Assembly (NCBI RefSeq): GCF_006345805.1
Contig: NC_043010.1
Span: 34,348,001-34,412,000, forward strand
Length of the DNA: 64,000 nucleotides
Direction of reading: 5' to 3'
Origin: Octopus sinensis
Taxonomy: Eukaryota
The notes below the pieces were generated by a model, which made no database searches, had not been told where the DNA came from, and saw only the letters and a list, made by a program, of their open reading frames with translations. Position numbers and translations under genes: made by a program. Of the stretch, positions 14,312 to 27,959 are shown piece by piece. Numbering within the stretch: position 1 is the stretch's first letter; each line of letters opens with the position of its first letter.

Positions 14312-14629
14312 ATATTGGTGTTCAGATAAATGAATTTACCACTGCAAATATGTGATTGAAATAAATATAAATTAGTTTTCCACAATATTCTGTTTACACA
14401 AAACTGTAGACAGTAAGTCAAGTGTCAATATAACTGTCTGTAAAACAGTGTGTGTGTAAGGATTTGGGGGGGGCTGGGATGGTTTGTAGAAGATAAAATA
14501 AGTGAAGTGGTTATAGCATAACATTACAGATACTCCTAGATAGCTGTTTAATTCCACATTGGTTCTAATAGAGCAGAGCTTATGATCAAAAGCATTCCAA
14601 CCATAACCATCCCATCTGGCCCCTCCCCC

Positions 14630-15192
14630 ACTCCACGATGTGATCAGCCTGGTGCGCTTTTGATCAGGTGCCAGAAGACGTGGCACCTACCAAGCAGAAA
14701 CCTTTGTCATGCCAAGCTCATTGGGCAGAATATTCTCAACTCTCTCGATTTATAGTCAGTTGCCTGTCATCCAACACCATGTGGTGAACATAATGTTTTC
14801 CCTGGTGGTGGCAGTTGTAGGACACTCAGACCTCAGGTCATCTTCAACACTCTCCATTCCCCTCCGAAATTCAGCTGCCCACTTTCGCACTATTGATAAA
14901 GCTGGAGTGTCTTCTCCTAATGTAGTAACCATGTCAGCATGATTGTCCTTGTGGAGACTAAACCCTTTTTATTCAGGTACTCGATAACACCACAATACCA
15001 AATTTTGCCCATTTTCAAGAGAAGTCACTACTAGTTACTCCGGAAGTCTTCTTTGAACAGTCAGATGTCAGTTTACCTGGAAAGAAACAATGCAATTACT
15101 AATGAGAAGAGCTTAAATTAATGCATGCAAGATTTCTCGGCTCTAGCATCACTCCTTCATAGTCAACCCATGAACTTTTCAGTCCACCTTTG
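14630..15192 (-). mobile_element. Mariner-like transposon relic (left TIR plus frameshifted 5' half of transposase)
   Basis: The minus strand begins TA|CAAAGGTGGACTGAAAAGTTCATGGGTTGAC (mariner-type TIR). ATG at 15012 gives MGKIWYCGVIEYLNKKGL, then a frameshift, then HADMVTTLGEDTPALSIVRKWAAEFRRGMESVEDDLRS...VPRLLAPDQKRTRL (HTH and WVPRLL-type linker). It is truncated at about 14630. Confidence 0.85.
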
Positions 15193-15323
15193 TATGCTAG
15201 CATTGAAAGCAGGTGTTAATGGTGATGCACATGTCTTTGACACACAATGACACAAAACTACAGAGAGGTACAAAGCTCTAAAGATATAGTGAACTATGAA
15301 GAAATAGATTTACTTCAACTTAC

Positions 15324-15463
15324 TTCAACTCCACATTTTGTGAAGTACATAATGTCAGTGAGATGGAACTCATGTTTCAGACTCTCTGATATTGTCTCCA
15401 CATCTGGGATCTTTATACCTGCCGTTGCTGAGAGAGCAATGTCTCTTTCAATCAGATGAGATG
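15324..15463 (-). CDS. GPAT3/4: GPAT3/4 coding exon 3
   Basis: Acceptor tctttataatttag and donor GAA|gtaagt. 140 nt, phase 1 to 0: (A)SHLIERDIALSATAGIKIPDVETISESLKHEFHLTDIMYFTKCGVE, matching the GPAT3/4 motif EFELSDIFYFCRKGME. Confidence 0.93.
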
Positions 15464-15999
15464 CTAAATTATAAAGAGATAAAACAAAATAAAAAATGTC
15501 ACATTAAAATACAAGTAGAATTTTTGCAGACCTAAATTTACACACACACATACACATGCATGCATGCATGCACATGCACACACAAAGAAAAAATAGGTAG
15601 GTTGACTTATACACCAAGATGACTATGGAGGGTCAAAAATTCCGTGTGAAATGTAGCCAGATTCAGAAAGATAGTGATGATGCTTGAATGTTTATACTAC
15701 ATTGTATCCTGGAGAATGCAGTAAGTGAGAGTGTGCAAGTGAATTTATGTTTCATCATGATGGTTGTCAGTCTTGTAACCTATCGGATTATTAACTGGGC
15801 ACCACTGAAGATTGTCAAACAAGTATTTTATACTCCTTCTTTTCTTGCTGACATTTGAGAGTAAGTGGCAGTCATGCATGTATATTTCTTGACATTTTCC
15901 ATCCACCCATCTCCTCTTGTGTCAGTCTCTTTCCAGACTTAAGATGTACAATCAGAGTGGAAACACAGGGTTGTGGCGAGGTTTCTTGTGTAACATTTA

Positions 16000-16330
16000 T
16001 TAACCCTTTTGATGCCAACCCTTCTGAAATCATCCTTGCTTCTATGATACAAATTTCCCATTTTAAAGTGATCTAAACTAGAACCTTGCAGCTTAATAAT
16101 AACAAAATTATTTTAATAAATTCCTTATTATTTTCAAAATTAATTAAAAGAAAGGTAGTGTATTTCAGCCTAAATATGATAGCAAAAGTGTTAAATGACA
16201 TTAGACAATATAAACACCCAGTTCGTGACAAAAAAGGCAACAAGTGTTCTTTATTTTTAAAAACCATGTTTTGAGGAAGATTTGGCAACTATTTCTATAA
16301 ATAGAGACTGTTGTTGAAACAAAAAGTCAA
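16000..16330. mobile_element. TTAA-start MITE, family P3 (truncated relative at 57923-58075)
   Basis: TTAACCCTTTTGATGCCAACC... start with a degenerate right end. It shares its interior with TTAATTCTTTTGATACCAACC... at 57923. Confidence 0.6.
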
Positions 16331-17278
16331 TTGAAATAAACCTCCGTAACTGTAGTAATAATAATTACGGGATTAGTTGCATATTGGAGAAAACAATCAA
16401 ATAGCATTTTATTAAAACTAATAATTCATAGATAACCAAGTTATTGAGATAACCTTTCTCTTTAATATTAAGGATGGCAGTTATGATGATACTGTGACTG
16501 GAAGGTGAGGGCAACCCTACGCTTACAAAGTGATAGATAACAAGCTTTTATATAAAAGCCACTTGAAACATAAGTTCTATCCAGCTGATGAAGGTCATCA
16601 TCTGGATGAAATTGTAGCTAGGAAAAAAAAAAAAGAAAAATCAATGAGAACATCTGATAACATCAGATTTCTAAATATCAACATTTAAATACTAAAATAC
16701 TTTAACACAAGACAGATTGTTAAAGTACATACTTATACTTACTCAGTAAAATAGAGTAATTTAGATTCATCCAGCCATGACCAAGGCATCTATGTATCTT
16801 GGGGGCTACGTTATCCAATATAGGGAGGGTGCAATCTTAGGGATATTCTACTGTTACTTCTAGCAAGTCAGGTGGCTACATTGGCTCATAGCTTTGTTAT
16901 GTTATTGATGTGTGGTCTTGGGTTAAAATTCATCATTTACTTAATATTCTAGCTGAGACCGTCCTAACTTTATTAAGGAGTATATTATCACAAGTTGTAG
17001 GGTTGAAAATATGTGGTGTCTATTTAAAATAATATCAAGCAGGTTCGTTGAGTAATGTTAGCTTGTATTTTGTATTTGATCTAGAGGTGAGGGGCTATCG
17101 CTTGTAGATAGTCCCACAAAAGAAAAGTAAAGGAAAAAAAATCCAGCAGCATATTAAAAACTATCACTGTTTCTATGGGATTATTGGTTTGGTTGAAATT
17201 AGACAGAAATATTGGATAGATACTTGAGGATTAAGAATTGGCAAGTAACTAGACCAACTCTATTTTAATGGTTTAGAT

Positions 17279-17518
17279 CAGTGGTTCTCAACCATTTTTC
17301 CTATGGACCCTTTCAATTCCTATTTTACTCACTTGGACTCTCATAGCCATTCAATATCTGAGAAATATCTTTATAATAAAGTATTATTAGGAATTGTATA
17401 AAAATAAAAAAAATATTATGTGTATTGTAAAAGTATAATCAATTCATTGCACAAAATTTTGAACAAAATCTTATATGGACCCTCCAAGGGTCATATGAAC
17501 TCCAGCTGAGAACCATTA
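17279..17518. mobile_element. hAT (Charlie-like) MITE
   Basis: Ends CAGTGGTTCTCAACC ... GCTGAGAACCATTA, with 8-bp TSD GTTTAGAT / GTTTAGAC. Confidence 0.85.
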
Positions 17519-18260
17519 GTTTAGACTAAAAGCTTATTTTTTTCTCCCCCACTACAAATCCTAAAACTTAATAAAACATGGAGGTCCTACCAAAAATATA
17601 TGATACACTACTAGTTCTATATAAGTGTTAGTTTATTTTGACAGACTTGAAAGAATAAATTATCTTTGACAGGATACAGTATTAGATTACATGTTCAAGA
17701 ATTAAGAGTTTGAATATGCTGCAAGTATTTCATTGACGCAGGCATGGCTGTGAGATACTTTCAGCAAATATTTTGGGTCAACCCAAACCTTGAGTAAAAT
17801 TCAACAGATGGATATGGAAACCCATCCAATGGATTCTATCTCTTATTGGATGAATTTGTTGCCCAGTTTATCACCACCATCTGCAAACATTTCAATCAGA
17901 GTGGACTCAGAATTCCTCCTGTCTTTCTTTTTGTAAATCTCAAAACCACACCTCTTCTGATTAAGCCAGGGGAGAACAGTTTTTTCACTTAGCTACCAGA
18001 AATAGGTCGCACACTTTCTGGAAACAGATTAATGACACTGACTCCATCCTTCTCCACTTATCCAAAATTGAAAAATTGCTTGAATCAATTTATAATGCAA
18101 GTTCCTGGGATAGTTCTAAATACATTTTACAGATACTCACCAACAATGATTCTAGTTAGTGCATTCAACTAAGAAGTGAACTAAGAAGTGAACAGTATCA
18201 CATGAATGAATAGGGTGAAAAATAGCTCAAAACAAAAGGAAGGAAATAAAACCAACATAC

Positions 18261-18357
18261 CTTTGTCTTCACATAACCTGACAGTGTCCTCTAGGTCTGA
18301 GTCTTCTTCATCAGCTTGCTGTTTTTTTTCATGAAGTTCAATTTTAACTTTACCAAA
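18261..18357 (-). CDS. GPAT3/4: GPAT3/4 coding exon 2
   Basis: Acceptor ttttcttttttaaaatatag and donor AAAG|gtatgt. 97 nt, phase 0 to 1, open: FGKVKIELHEKKQQADEEDSDLEDTVRLCEDK. Phases join exon 1 and exon 3 exactly. Confidence 0.85.
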
Positions 18358-19242
18358 CTATATTTTAAAAAAGAAAACAAAACATATTATATATATATAT
18401 ATATGGAGGGAGAGAGAGAGAAGTGCATATTTATGTATAAAGATGGAATATATATAAGTGACATAAGAAAAGAAAACTGTCATAGAGAAAAATTTTTTAA
18501 TTGTAGACTTCAGGGAATGCATTTTCACCATACCCATGCTTTTTTCTCTCAGATTAATTGTAGAAATGTTTTACTTGTCCATTTTTAATTAAACTATTTA
18601 ATCCATCTATGAATCTCACCTAGTTCACAGGTAATCTTTCAGTTACTTCACAATAGCAGAACAATTTACTTCTATGTCTGGCATTAACTGTATGATTATG
18701 AGCAAGTTATGACTCAATGAATGATATTTTCAATATAAACAATGCTTAATATTATACTGATCCAGACACCTTATTTAATACTAACCACAGTCACTGAGTG
18801 CTTTTAACCTTCAACAAAGTTGTGAATCATCACCTCTGCCACAGACCATCAGATAGATGCACCTGCCTTCCTTCACCTCTAAATTACTTAACTCTATTTT
18901 GTACCAAACACTCTACTTAAATCCTCAGCCTCAGGCTTGTAGCTCCTTAAGCTAACCTCCTATCTATATTTTCCTTACAAAATTGGCATTCAGAAGTTCA
19001 AGTTGAGTACCAGATACATCAGTCTCTCTTGTCTAAATGCCCAAACATCTTGAATGAAGGACACATTGGATAATGTAGTTTTAAAGATACAAAGACAGGA
19101 TAGCCAAGCAGGCCAGTTTTTCCCCCTTTTCTCCTTTTTCTTGTTCTTTCCTACCTTGCATGTTACTTGGCAACCCCACTAGTAGTAGTAATAGTGGCAA
19201 CCCCACTAGTAGTAGTAATAAAAAACAAACAAACATGCAATA

Positions 19243-19353
19243 GGTGCAGGCATGACACCTTGGACAAGTATCTTCTACTGTAGCCTCAGGTTGACCAAAG
19301 CCTTGTGAGTGGATTTGGTAGACAAAAACCGAAAGAAGCCCATCATATGTATG

Positions 19354-19397
<44 letters not shown>

Positions 19398-19425
19398 CAC
19401 ACACATATATATATACATATATATA

Positions 19426-19456
<31 letters not shown>

Positions 19457-19605
19457 TTGTCCTCATAACTTAGCAGTTTGGCAAAAGAGATTGATAGATA
19501 AGTACTAGCTTACAAAGAATAAGCCCTGGGGTTGATTTGTTTGACTAAAGGTAATGCTCTAGCATGGCCATAGTCAAATGACTGTAACAAGTAAAAGAAT
19601 AAAAA
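19243..19605 (+). mobile_element. SINE family A (head partly deleted)
   Basis: Body and tail match the other copies. Confidence 0.85.
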
Positions 19606-19930
19606 GAATGCAGTACACATTGTAAAGTATTAGAAAAGGCATCCAGCTGTAGAAACCCTGGCAAAGCTAACACGGAGCAAGATACAGCCTTGTGGCTCAC
19701 AGGATCCACTTAAACTGTCCAACCCATATGAGAATGGAAAACATGCTAAGCGATGATGGTGAGTTATGACTGGAATGCCTTTGACCATTGATCTGCTTGA
19801 CTAGAACTGCCCTGGTGGTTTAACAACAACCACCTCAGTTTAAGAGTGCCTAAAAAAGCTAAGAGCATGGCCCTTCTAAATTTTAAAAATACTTTAAAAT
19901 TACACCAATCATAAACTATCCCAAATGATA

Positions 19931-20329
19931 TACTCTCTTTACTCTTGTTTCAGTTATTTTGACTGTGACCATGCTGGAGCACCACCTTTAGTCGAAGAAA
20001 TTGAGCCTAGGACTTATTCTTTGTAAGCCTAGTACTTATTCTATCAGTCTCTTTTGCTGAACTGCTAAGTTACGGGGATGTAAACACACCAGCATCGGTT
20101 GTCAAGCGATGTTGGGGGACAAAATAAGACACAGAAACATACACACACACACACACACACATATATGACAGGCTTCTTTCAGTTTCCATCTACCAAATCC
20201 ACTCACAAGGCTTCTACTATAGCCTGAGGCTATAGTAGAAGACACTTGCCCAAGGTGCCACGCAGTGGGACTGAACCCGTAACCATGTGGTTGGTAAGCA
20301 ACTACTTACCACAGAGCCACTCCTGCACC
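19931..20329 (-). mobile_element. SINE family A
   Basis: Full-length match, facing the 19243-19605 copy in inverted orientation. Confidence 0.9.
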
Positions 20330-21924
20330 TATATATATATATGACAAAAACACAAATATTTAAAACCCTAGTTCACAAATGACACAAATAAGACAGACAA
20401 AATTTAACCATTCAGATGCAAATATCAAATTGTAAACTTCAAGACTACTGTTACATTACACTGGACATACAAATGCCATACTTTCATATCAGCTGACCAA
20501 TGAGGACACTACTATGTGATCACTTAGCCTTGTAGAAATAGCAGCTGTATCTCCCTCAAATTACATCTTGAAGAAGGAGGAACCTACTGAACAATGTAGA
20601 TATCACCTATGCCTCTCATTACAAGATTGATGACAAGTAATACTAGCCACACACACGCAAAGAGACAGCCATGGTTGAAATGCCTTTAATCTGTCAGTCT
20701 ACTCAATTGAGGTTGATCTAGAACTCGATGACAACAACAACCAGCTGGCCATGCAGCTACAATGAGGAGCATTAAAACACAACACATTAATTGATAACAA
20801 CCTCACATGGAATACTGCCAAATTGACAAAAACCATCATTAATCATGGAAGTTATATTAATAGCAAGTTTCAGTGATAGACTTAACACAATGCACACAAC
20901 CACCAACAGATGAACAAACAAAAAAACCTTTATATGGTTGGTCAACCTGCTAGAAATATCAGCCAAATCTCCCATCTTAAGGACATATTGGATAATGTAA
21001 TCCTAGACATCTCCTGAAAAAAGATGAGTGGTCATGGCTGGAATGCCTCTCATTACAAGATTGATGACAAGTAATACTAGCCACCACATCCAAACTATTG
21101 TTAAAAGGAAGAAACCAGAATGTGAACAGGCAGAATATCTAAAGTCCAGGGATGTTCTATGAAAGATAGACAAACAGACAGACAGCTCGATTCTCATGAC
21201 TGTTGCCTCCTGTAAATGAAACTGAAATATCAACAGCAATGGAAATCATTTCATCCAGAAAATAAGACTGAGAAACGTTCAATGGATGCCCCCCACCACA
21301 ACGGAAATTTATTGTTCTGAATAAAAAATAAAACGAAGAAAAAAAACCTAACAAGAAAATACATAAAAAAACAGTAATAATAATAATAATGATAATAATG
21401 ATGATGATGATGATAATAATGATAATAAACTTGGAGTATAGCTGTGCTTTCAATAGCTCATGTTTAAAAAACTAAAAGCTGTGTTCCTGATATGCATACA
21501 CATACATTTTCATTATTTATATATATATATATATTGAGCAAGTCTTTTATGAATGCCAGCAAAATCAATGTATGGCTTGATTAATGAAATAGCAATATTG
21601 ATTATAGAGAGGAGACAAAATATAAAAATAAATGAATAAAAAGAAGATTGAAGAGAAATTAGTATATGGACCCCGTCACTATCTGGTTGTTTTCTACCTT
21701 GGGTCAGCCCTGATCGTGTAGACCAATGATCAAAGTTATTCTAGCTATGACCATCCTGCTTTTTTGATTATTAGGAAATGTATTGTCCAATATGTTCTAT
21801 TAAAAAGACAGTGGGATGGGATACAATGGCCATATGGCTGCTATTTCAAACAGGTTAGTTGAGCAACCATCTCAGTTTGAATTAGTCCACAGTGCTTCAT
21901 CTTTCATTTTCCCCCCTTCAACTG

Positions 21925-22423
21925 TCAATCATTAAAGGATGAGAAATGGTGTAGTGCCCATAAAATATTGCTGGTTCCCCAGACTAGAAACAGTGAAACA
22001 GTTAACGTGAAGCTTGAACATTTGGAAGGAGACACCAATAGGTAAAATAATTTGGGACAAGAAGGTAATTCTAGAGGGTTGCAGTACAAAGAAGGAAAGA
22101 TTGCATAAAGTGAACTGTGCGTGTGTATATGAATTTCTATACAAACATACATACATAATATACATACATATATACATACATGTATATAGACATATACACA
22201 CATGCACATATATATACATACATAAATACACATACATACACATATACATACACACATATACATACAAACATATACATACACACATATACATACAAACATA
22301 TATATATACACATATACAAACATATATATATACACATATACAAACATATATATATATACACATATACAAACACACACATATATACATATACACACACATA
22401 TATACATATACACACACACATAG

Positions 22424-22466
<43 letters not shown>

Positions 22467-22477
22467 CATACACACAC

Positions 22478-22508
<31 letters not shown>
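21925..22508. repeat. Compound (TA)/(CA) microsatellite
   Basis: Direct reading. It is the source of the 139-203 aa pseudo-ORFs. Confidence 0.95.
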
Positions 22509-22860
22509 TCTATTATATAAAATCTGTTCTGTCTGTGTGTGTGTGTCTTCTAGGATCTCAGGCATCCTCCATCCGATTGCGCTCAAATTTGATATGTAGA
22601 TACTGATGGTATTAGGGTGTGTATAAGTCTTGAAAAAATCGATTCCAGGTGAGAATGCGATCGATAAAGCCGTGGGAACGTGCATTTGTAAAATCGTTTT
22701 TCTTGGAATAGAAAAAATGTCTATCTTTATTTCTTCTTTTGCTGGCATCTCAAAGTTAGGTTAAATCGGTGTTTCTCAAAGGGGATGCCTATGGGGCAGT
22801 CGGACAAGTTGTTTTGAGAAAATTTGGTTTAAATGTTTGACAATCAGCACCGTCCATTGG
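22509..22860 (+). mobile_element. Helitron/Helentron-like non-autonomous element (right boundary uncertain)
   Basis: A|TCTATTATATAAAATCTG...(GT)n...CCGATTGCGCTCAAATTTG start resembles DINE/HINE-type elements. A GC hairpin GATGCC-TATGG-GGCAGTC lies near 22785. CpG-rich compared with the flanks. Confidence 0.5.
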
Positions 22861-22889
22861 ACGAGGGGGCATTTTGCTCATATATATAT

Positions 22890-22940
<51 letters not shown>

Positions 22941-23762
22941 ATATAAATAATATATAAATATATGCATATATACATACATATGTACCTACCTACATATATA
23001 TGTATATATACATGCATATATGGGTACAGGACATCAAAAAAACGTTGAACATAATGAGAAACAAAAACATAAAAACAAAAACATAGAAACGAACCTTTCC
23101 TCAAACAACAAAAAATAAACAGAGAAACAAGGCACACAACACAAGGAACACCCCTCTTCTTCAGTTGTCCCTGTTTCATCTACTCCGCGTTTCGAATGTA
23201 AGGACAAGACACGACTTCATTGAAACAGTCCTTCCCGCAAAGCAAATTACTAGGCCATATGCCTCCACTTTATTGAATGGTACTCATATGTAAACAGCAT
23301 TAGCAACCAATTAACACAGAAATATTTTCTGGCTCTTCTTGTCTTTGTTATTGTTTTAACATCCATTCTCCCTTTATTTTGACAAGCATGAGACAGATCT
23401 GCCATATAAATAGTACATTGACACTTCTACTTCTCTGATCTCATCTGTGTGCCTCAACCTCTTGAGATCTGACTCCACTATCTTTATTTTTGTATGCCAT
23501 ACATGCAGACCTCTCTGACAGCACATGTCACTTTTTCAGCTCAGAATTCATTGGTCATTCCCATAACATGTTCATACCACTGGAGTACAGCTCTCTCTCT
23601 CTCCACTGCCCTCTCTATTGTACATACTGATTTCAAATTTTGGCACAAACATGACAAACAAAATACTGCAGAGCATTTTGCTTGGCATGCTAATGATTCT
23701 TATTTCTTTATTGCCCAGAAGGGGCTAAACATAGAGAGGACAAACAAGGACAGACAAAGGGA

Positions 23763-24170
23763 TTGAGTTGATTACGTCGACCCTAGTGTGTAACTGGTAC
23801 TTAATTTATCGACCCCGAAAGGATGAAAGGCAAAGTCGACCTCGGTGGAATTTGAACTCAGAACGTAATGGCAGATGAAACACCGCTAAGCATTTCGCCC
23901 GGCGTGCTAACGTTTCTGCCAGCTTGCCACCTTATTATACATACTGACAGCTGGCAGAAACATTAGCATGCTGGGCGAAATGCTTAGCGGTATTTCGTCT
24001 GTGTTATGTTGTGAGTTCGAATTCCGCCGAGGTCGACTTTGCCTTTCACCCTTTCGGAGTCAATAAATTAAGTACCAGTTACACACTGGAGTCAATGTAA
24101 TCGACTTAATACCTATGTCTGTCCTTGTTTGTCCCCTCTGTGTTTAGCCCCTTGTGGGTAATAAAGAAAT
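23763..24170. mobile_element. Head-to-head inverted pair of young SINE-B copies
   Basis: 23763-23924 (-) and 23949-24110 (+) are reverse complements separated by 24 nt. Confidence 0.9.
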
Positions 24171-24178
24171 TGATATCT

Positions 24179-24398
24179 TTAACCCTTTTGTTATTGTATT
24201 TATTGAGATGCTCTCTGTTTCTTTCAATTACTTTAAATATAACAAAGAATTTAGTAAAATAACTTAGTTATCATGAAGCTAGTGTTAGGAACATAAATTG
24301 TGACTAAGGTTTGGTGGAAGATTTTAATTCAGAACTTATGAAAACAAGACATTTGTACTCAGAGCCGGTTTCAGCTCGGTTGGTAATGAAAGGGTTAA
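24179..24398. mobile_element. TTAA-flanked piggyBac-like MITE, family P2
   Basis: TTAA|CCCTTTTGTTA ... TAATGAAAGGG|TTAA. The interior is nearly the same as 31605-31833. Confidence 0.82.
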
Positions 24399-24579
24399 TA
24401 TGCAATTCCTCATTTAGTTCACTTGTGCTCTGACAGTCATGCATTCTAACATTACATGTTCAACATTTCACATATCACATTCCTCTTATAATGCTTAAAT
24501 TATCAATATTAATTGGTGTTTTTCAGTTTATGTAAGTGCATGTAGCATGATGTAAAGAATTCAACTTTCTTACTCTCTT

Positions 24580-24610
<31 letters not shown>

Positions 24611-27600
24611 TGCATATGCGTGTGTCAGATATAATTGCTTGCATGCAATAACATTTCACTATAAGGAACCCTTAGAACTTGTCCATACTTCCAATTTTGT
24701 TATTTTCTTTTCATTGTTGTGCTGAAATGTCAAAAATTAACAATAGGCTTTGTATGGCTAAAGATACTTCTTAATTGTATTTCAAATTTCTTTGCAGCAT
24801 ACAATAAGCTAGAGAATAAATATTTGCAAAGAATTTGAAGGCATTTTGATTATATTGACCCCAATGTGCAACTGGTACTTATCTCACTAACCCTGAAAGG
24901 GATGAAAGGCAAAGTCAACCTTGGAAAAATTCGAACTCAGAATGTAGCGACAGATGAAATACTGCTAAGCATTTTGTCCAGTGAGCTAACAATTCTGCCA
25001 AGCACAAGTCCTGACATTTTGCAGGACGGGGCTAGTTTATTTCATTGACCCTAGTATTTGACTGAGGACACAAAATGCACAGACGCTGGAGACACAAAAA
25101 AGCAAAATAGGTCACAAAGGAACAAAAGTACATACTGTAGAGGATTCACTATATTTGTAATAATAATAATAACAAGAGAGAGAGAGAGTCAGTTGACTAC
25201 ATCAACTTCAGTAACTGACTGGTACTTTATTTTATCATCTTCAAAAAGGATGAAAGGCAAAGTTGGCTTCAGTAAAATTTGAACTTGGGAGCCGGAAGAA
25301 ATAGCACAAGCATTTCTACTGATGTTTTAATAATTCTGCCAACTTGCTGCCTTTAATTATATCTAACATAGGTACAAAGCCAGAAATTTGGAGAGAGTAT
25401 ATTAGTCAGAAACAGTAACTCCAGTACTTGACTGCTACTTTAATTTTTTGACCCTATTGAAAGATGTAAAACAATGTTGACCTTAATGGGATTTGAACAC
25501 AGAACATAAAATTTATAGCAGTAATAATTAGCAGAACCCCTTAGAAAGTCTTCTTTCATAGGTTAATAGACTTTTATAACATTGCTTTTGTTATATTAAA
25601 CACTTCAGTTGTCTTCAATTTTGTTCAATAGCTAAGGTTGTAACACAAAAACACATTTTTTTTACCTTTTGCTTGTTTCAGTCACTGGACTGTGGCCGTG
25701 CAGGGGCACCACCTTGGAGGGTTGAACAAATTGACACTAGCACTTATTTTGAAATCTGGTATTTATTCTAACAGTCTCTCTCTCTCTTTTTTTTTTTATC
25801 AAACTACTAAGTCACAGGGACCTAAACAAACCAAGACTAGCCATCAAGCAGCAAGGGGGTGGGGACAAACACAAAAACACACATATACATATATCTACAT
25901 GTACACACACACAAAGAGGAGGTTTTACAAAGTTTTTACCTATAAATTCATTTGTAAGACATTGATTGGCCCAAGGCTATAGTATAAAACATTTACCCAA
26001 GGTGCAGCATGGTGGAACTGAACCTGAAACCAAGCCATGTGATTGGAAAACGACATTGTTAATCATGCTGCTATGCCTATGCTTCTGTGGAACAAAACAA
26101 TAATATAAGTCTCCAACTTAGTCACAAATATGAACTGAGGATTATAATTCATTTATCAACAGTGACACTTAACTAGTACTAATTTTGTTGACCTAGAAAG
26201 ATGAAAGGAAAAGAAAATAATAATCATCAATCTTGGTACGATTTAATGTGGAAAAAAAAAAAAGCTCAGTTAATTATTCTGTTTATGATTCAGACATTTA
26301 TTTCTTAGAGTACTTAAGTATATCATCTGCTAAGTAGAAAGAAAAAAATATCATGTATCTCTTACTCTAATACAATGGGTTTCAAAAGGCATACTGCAGA
26401 TTTATGGTGGAGTTTACAAAAATGGCCATGTGATATGAACTTTGCTTCCCAACCACATGGTTCTAGATTCAATCCCACTACATAGCACCTTGGGCAAGTG
26501 TCTTCTACTTGTTAACATTCAACAAGTTATGGTGAAGCTACACTTCATAGATGAGCTTCAAATGAAAGGCAAAATACATCTAGTGCTGTCTCTGTACTCA
26601 CTGTAAACAGCCAAGTGCTCTGGTGAATGATCGTTGGCCTTTCAGACAGTAACCAGGTCTTCTATCATGTTAGCCTAATGTTGAGCTAATGAGAGACGAT
26701 CTCTGAAGTTGCTTGAACTGCTAGAAATAGTAGCCAGATATTTCTCAGAACAAACCCTACAGTTTTTTTTTAAAAGGATAGACACATTGAACAATATAAT
26801 TTAGATATACTAAAAAAGACAATTGACACAGCTGGAATGATGGAAGATCTTGGTCAGTTTGGGCTAGCCTGAAGCAAACAACAGTAATCAATGAGAGTGT
26901 CTGGTCAAACCTCAATCCTCTTCAAATTCTTAAAAGTGAAAAGGACAAATTGGATAATGAAATCCTAAATATACTATGTTTAGATAAAAAAAAAACAAGA
27001 AAAGCCAAAAAATAACCAAAAACAAAGCATTGTGCTTGTGATTTTAAAACACCTGTGATCATGGTTTTGAAACACCTGTCAACATAGGTAAGCTCAATCA
27101 AAGGTAGTAAGGAGCTGAATAGCAACTTAGCCAAGTCTAAGGTGTAGATCCGATATGAATGATTTATATTAGTTGATATTTTCAGATGTACAGTAGAATG
27201 TTCATGTGAACAATTTGTTTGCCTGGTAATGTGACATCCTCGTGATACATGAATGAATGGAATATTGTGAAGGCCTAATGGTAATAATGTTAATGTACAT
27301 ATAGGCAGAATATGTGGATGCATGTGAAAAACGAAATGGAAAAAAGAATATTAATAATCATACAAATTCGTTTATTTTTATAATGAGGAAAATTGAGGAT
27401 GTGAGAGAGATTGAAAATTGATCTAAGGAGTTTGAGTCTAACAAAGGAAGATATATCTAACCTATGCAGGTATAGAAAACTGATGATGATGCATATAATT
27501 ATAGGTAACTATAGTTATCACAAAGGTAATAACATCATACACACCCTAGAATAATTAGTAAAATTAAGATTCCCACACATACACACACACAGTTTTGTAA

Positions 27601-27959
27601 TTCTTATACCTATTATTCATGCTTGGGTTGATTTACTAGTCAGCACTCTTCATCAGAATTTGTGGAACTGAATTGCCTAAATTAGAAATCATTTATAATT
27701 TACATTTTTCTATGGTGTCAGACTGACAGTTGTGAAAGTGTAAGACAAAGTGGTTAAGGTGTTACACTCATGATGGCATGATTATGGTTTCGATTCCCAA
27801 ACTGGGTGGTGCACAAAATACTTCATTTCATATTGTTCCAGTTCACTCAGCTGTAAAATGAGTGACCCTGTGACAGATTTTCATCCTGTTCAAGGAGTAT
27901 GTTGTGATTTCAGTCTCTCATATGCCATGGAAACTGGATCACTGGCTCTATGAAGCTTA

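Noticed and set aside
23130-23248. CTGAAGA and CGAAACGCG motifs on the minus strand, suggestive of a hammerhead
   Set aside because: The motifs are in the wrong order, with no stem II between them. It is kept only as a possible Penelope-like tail.
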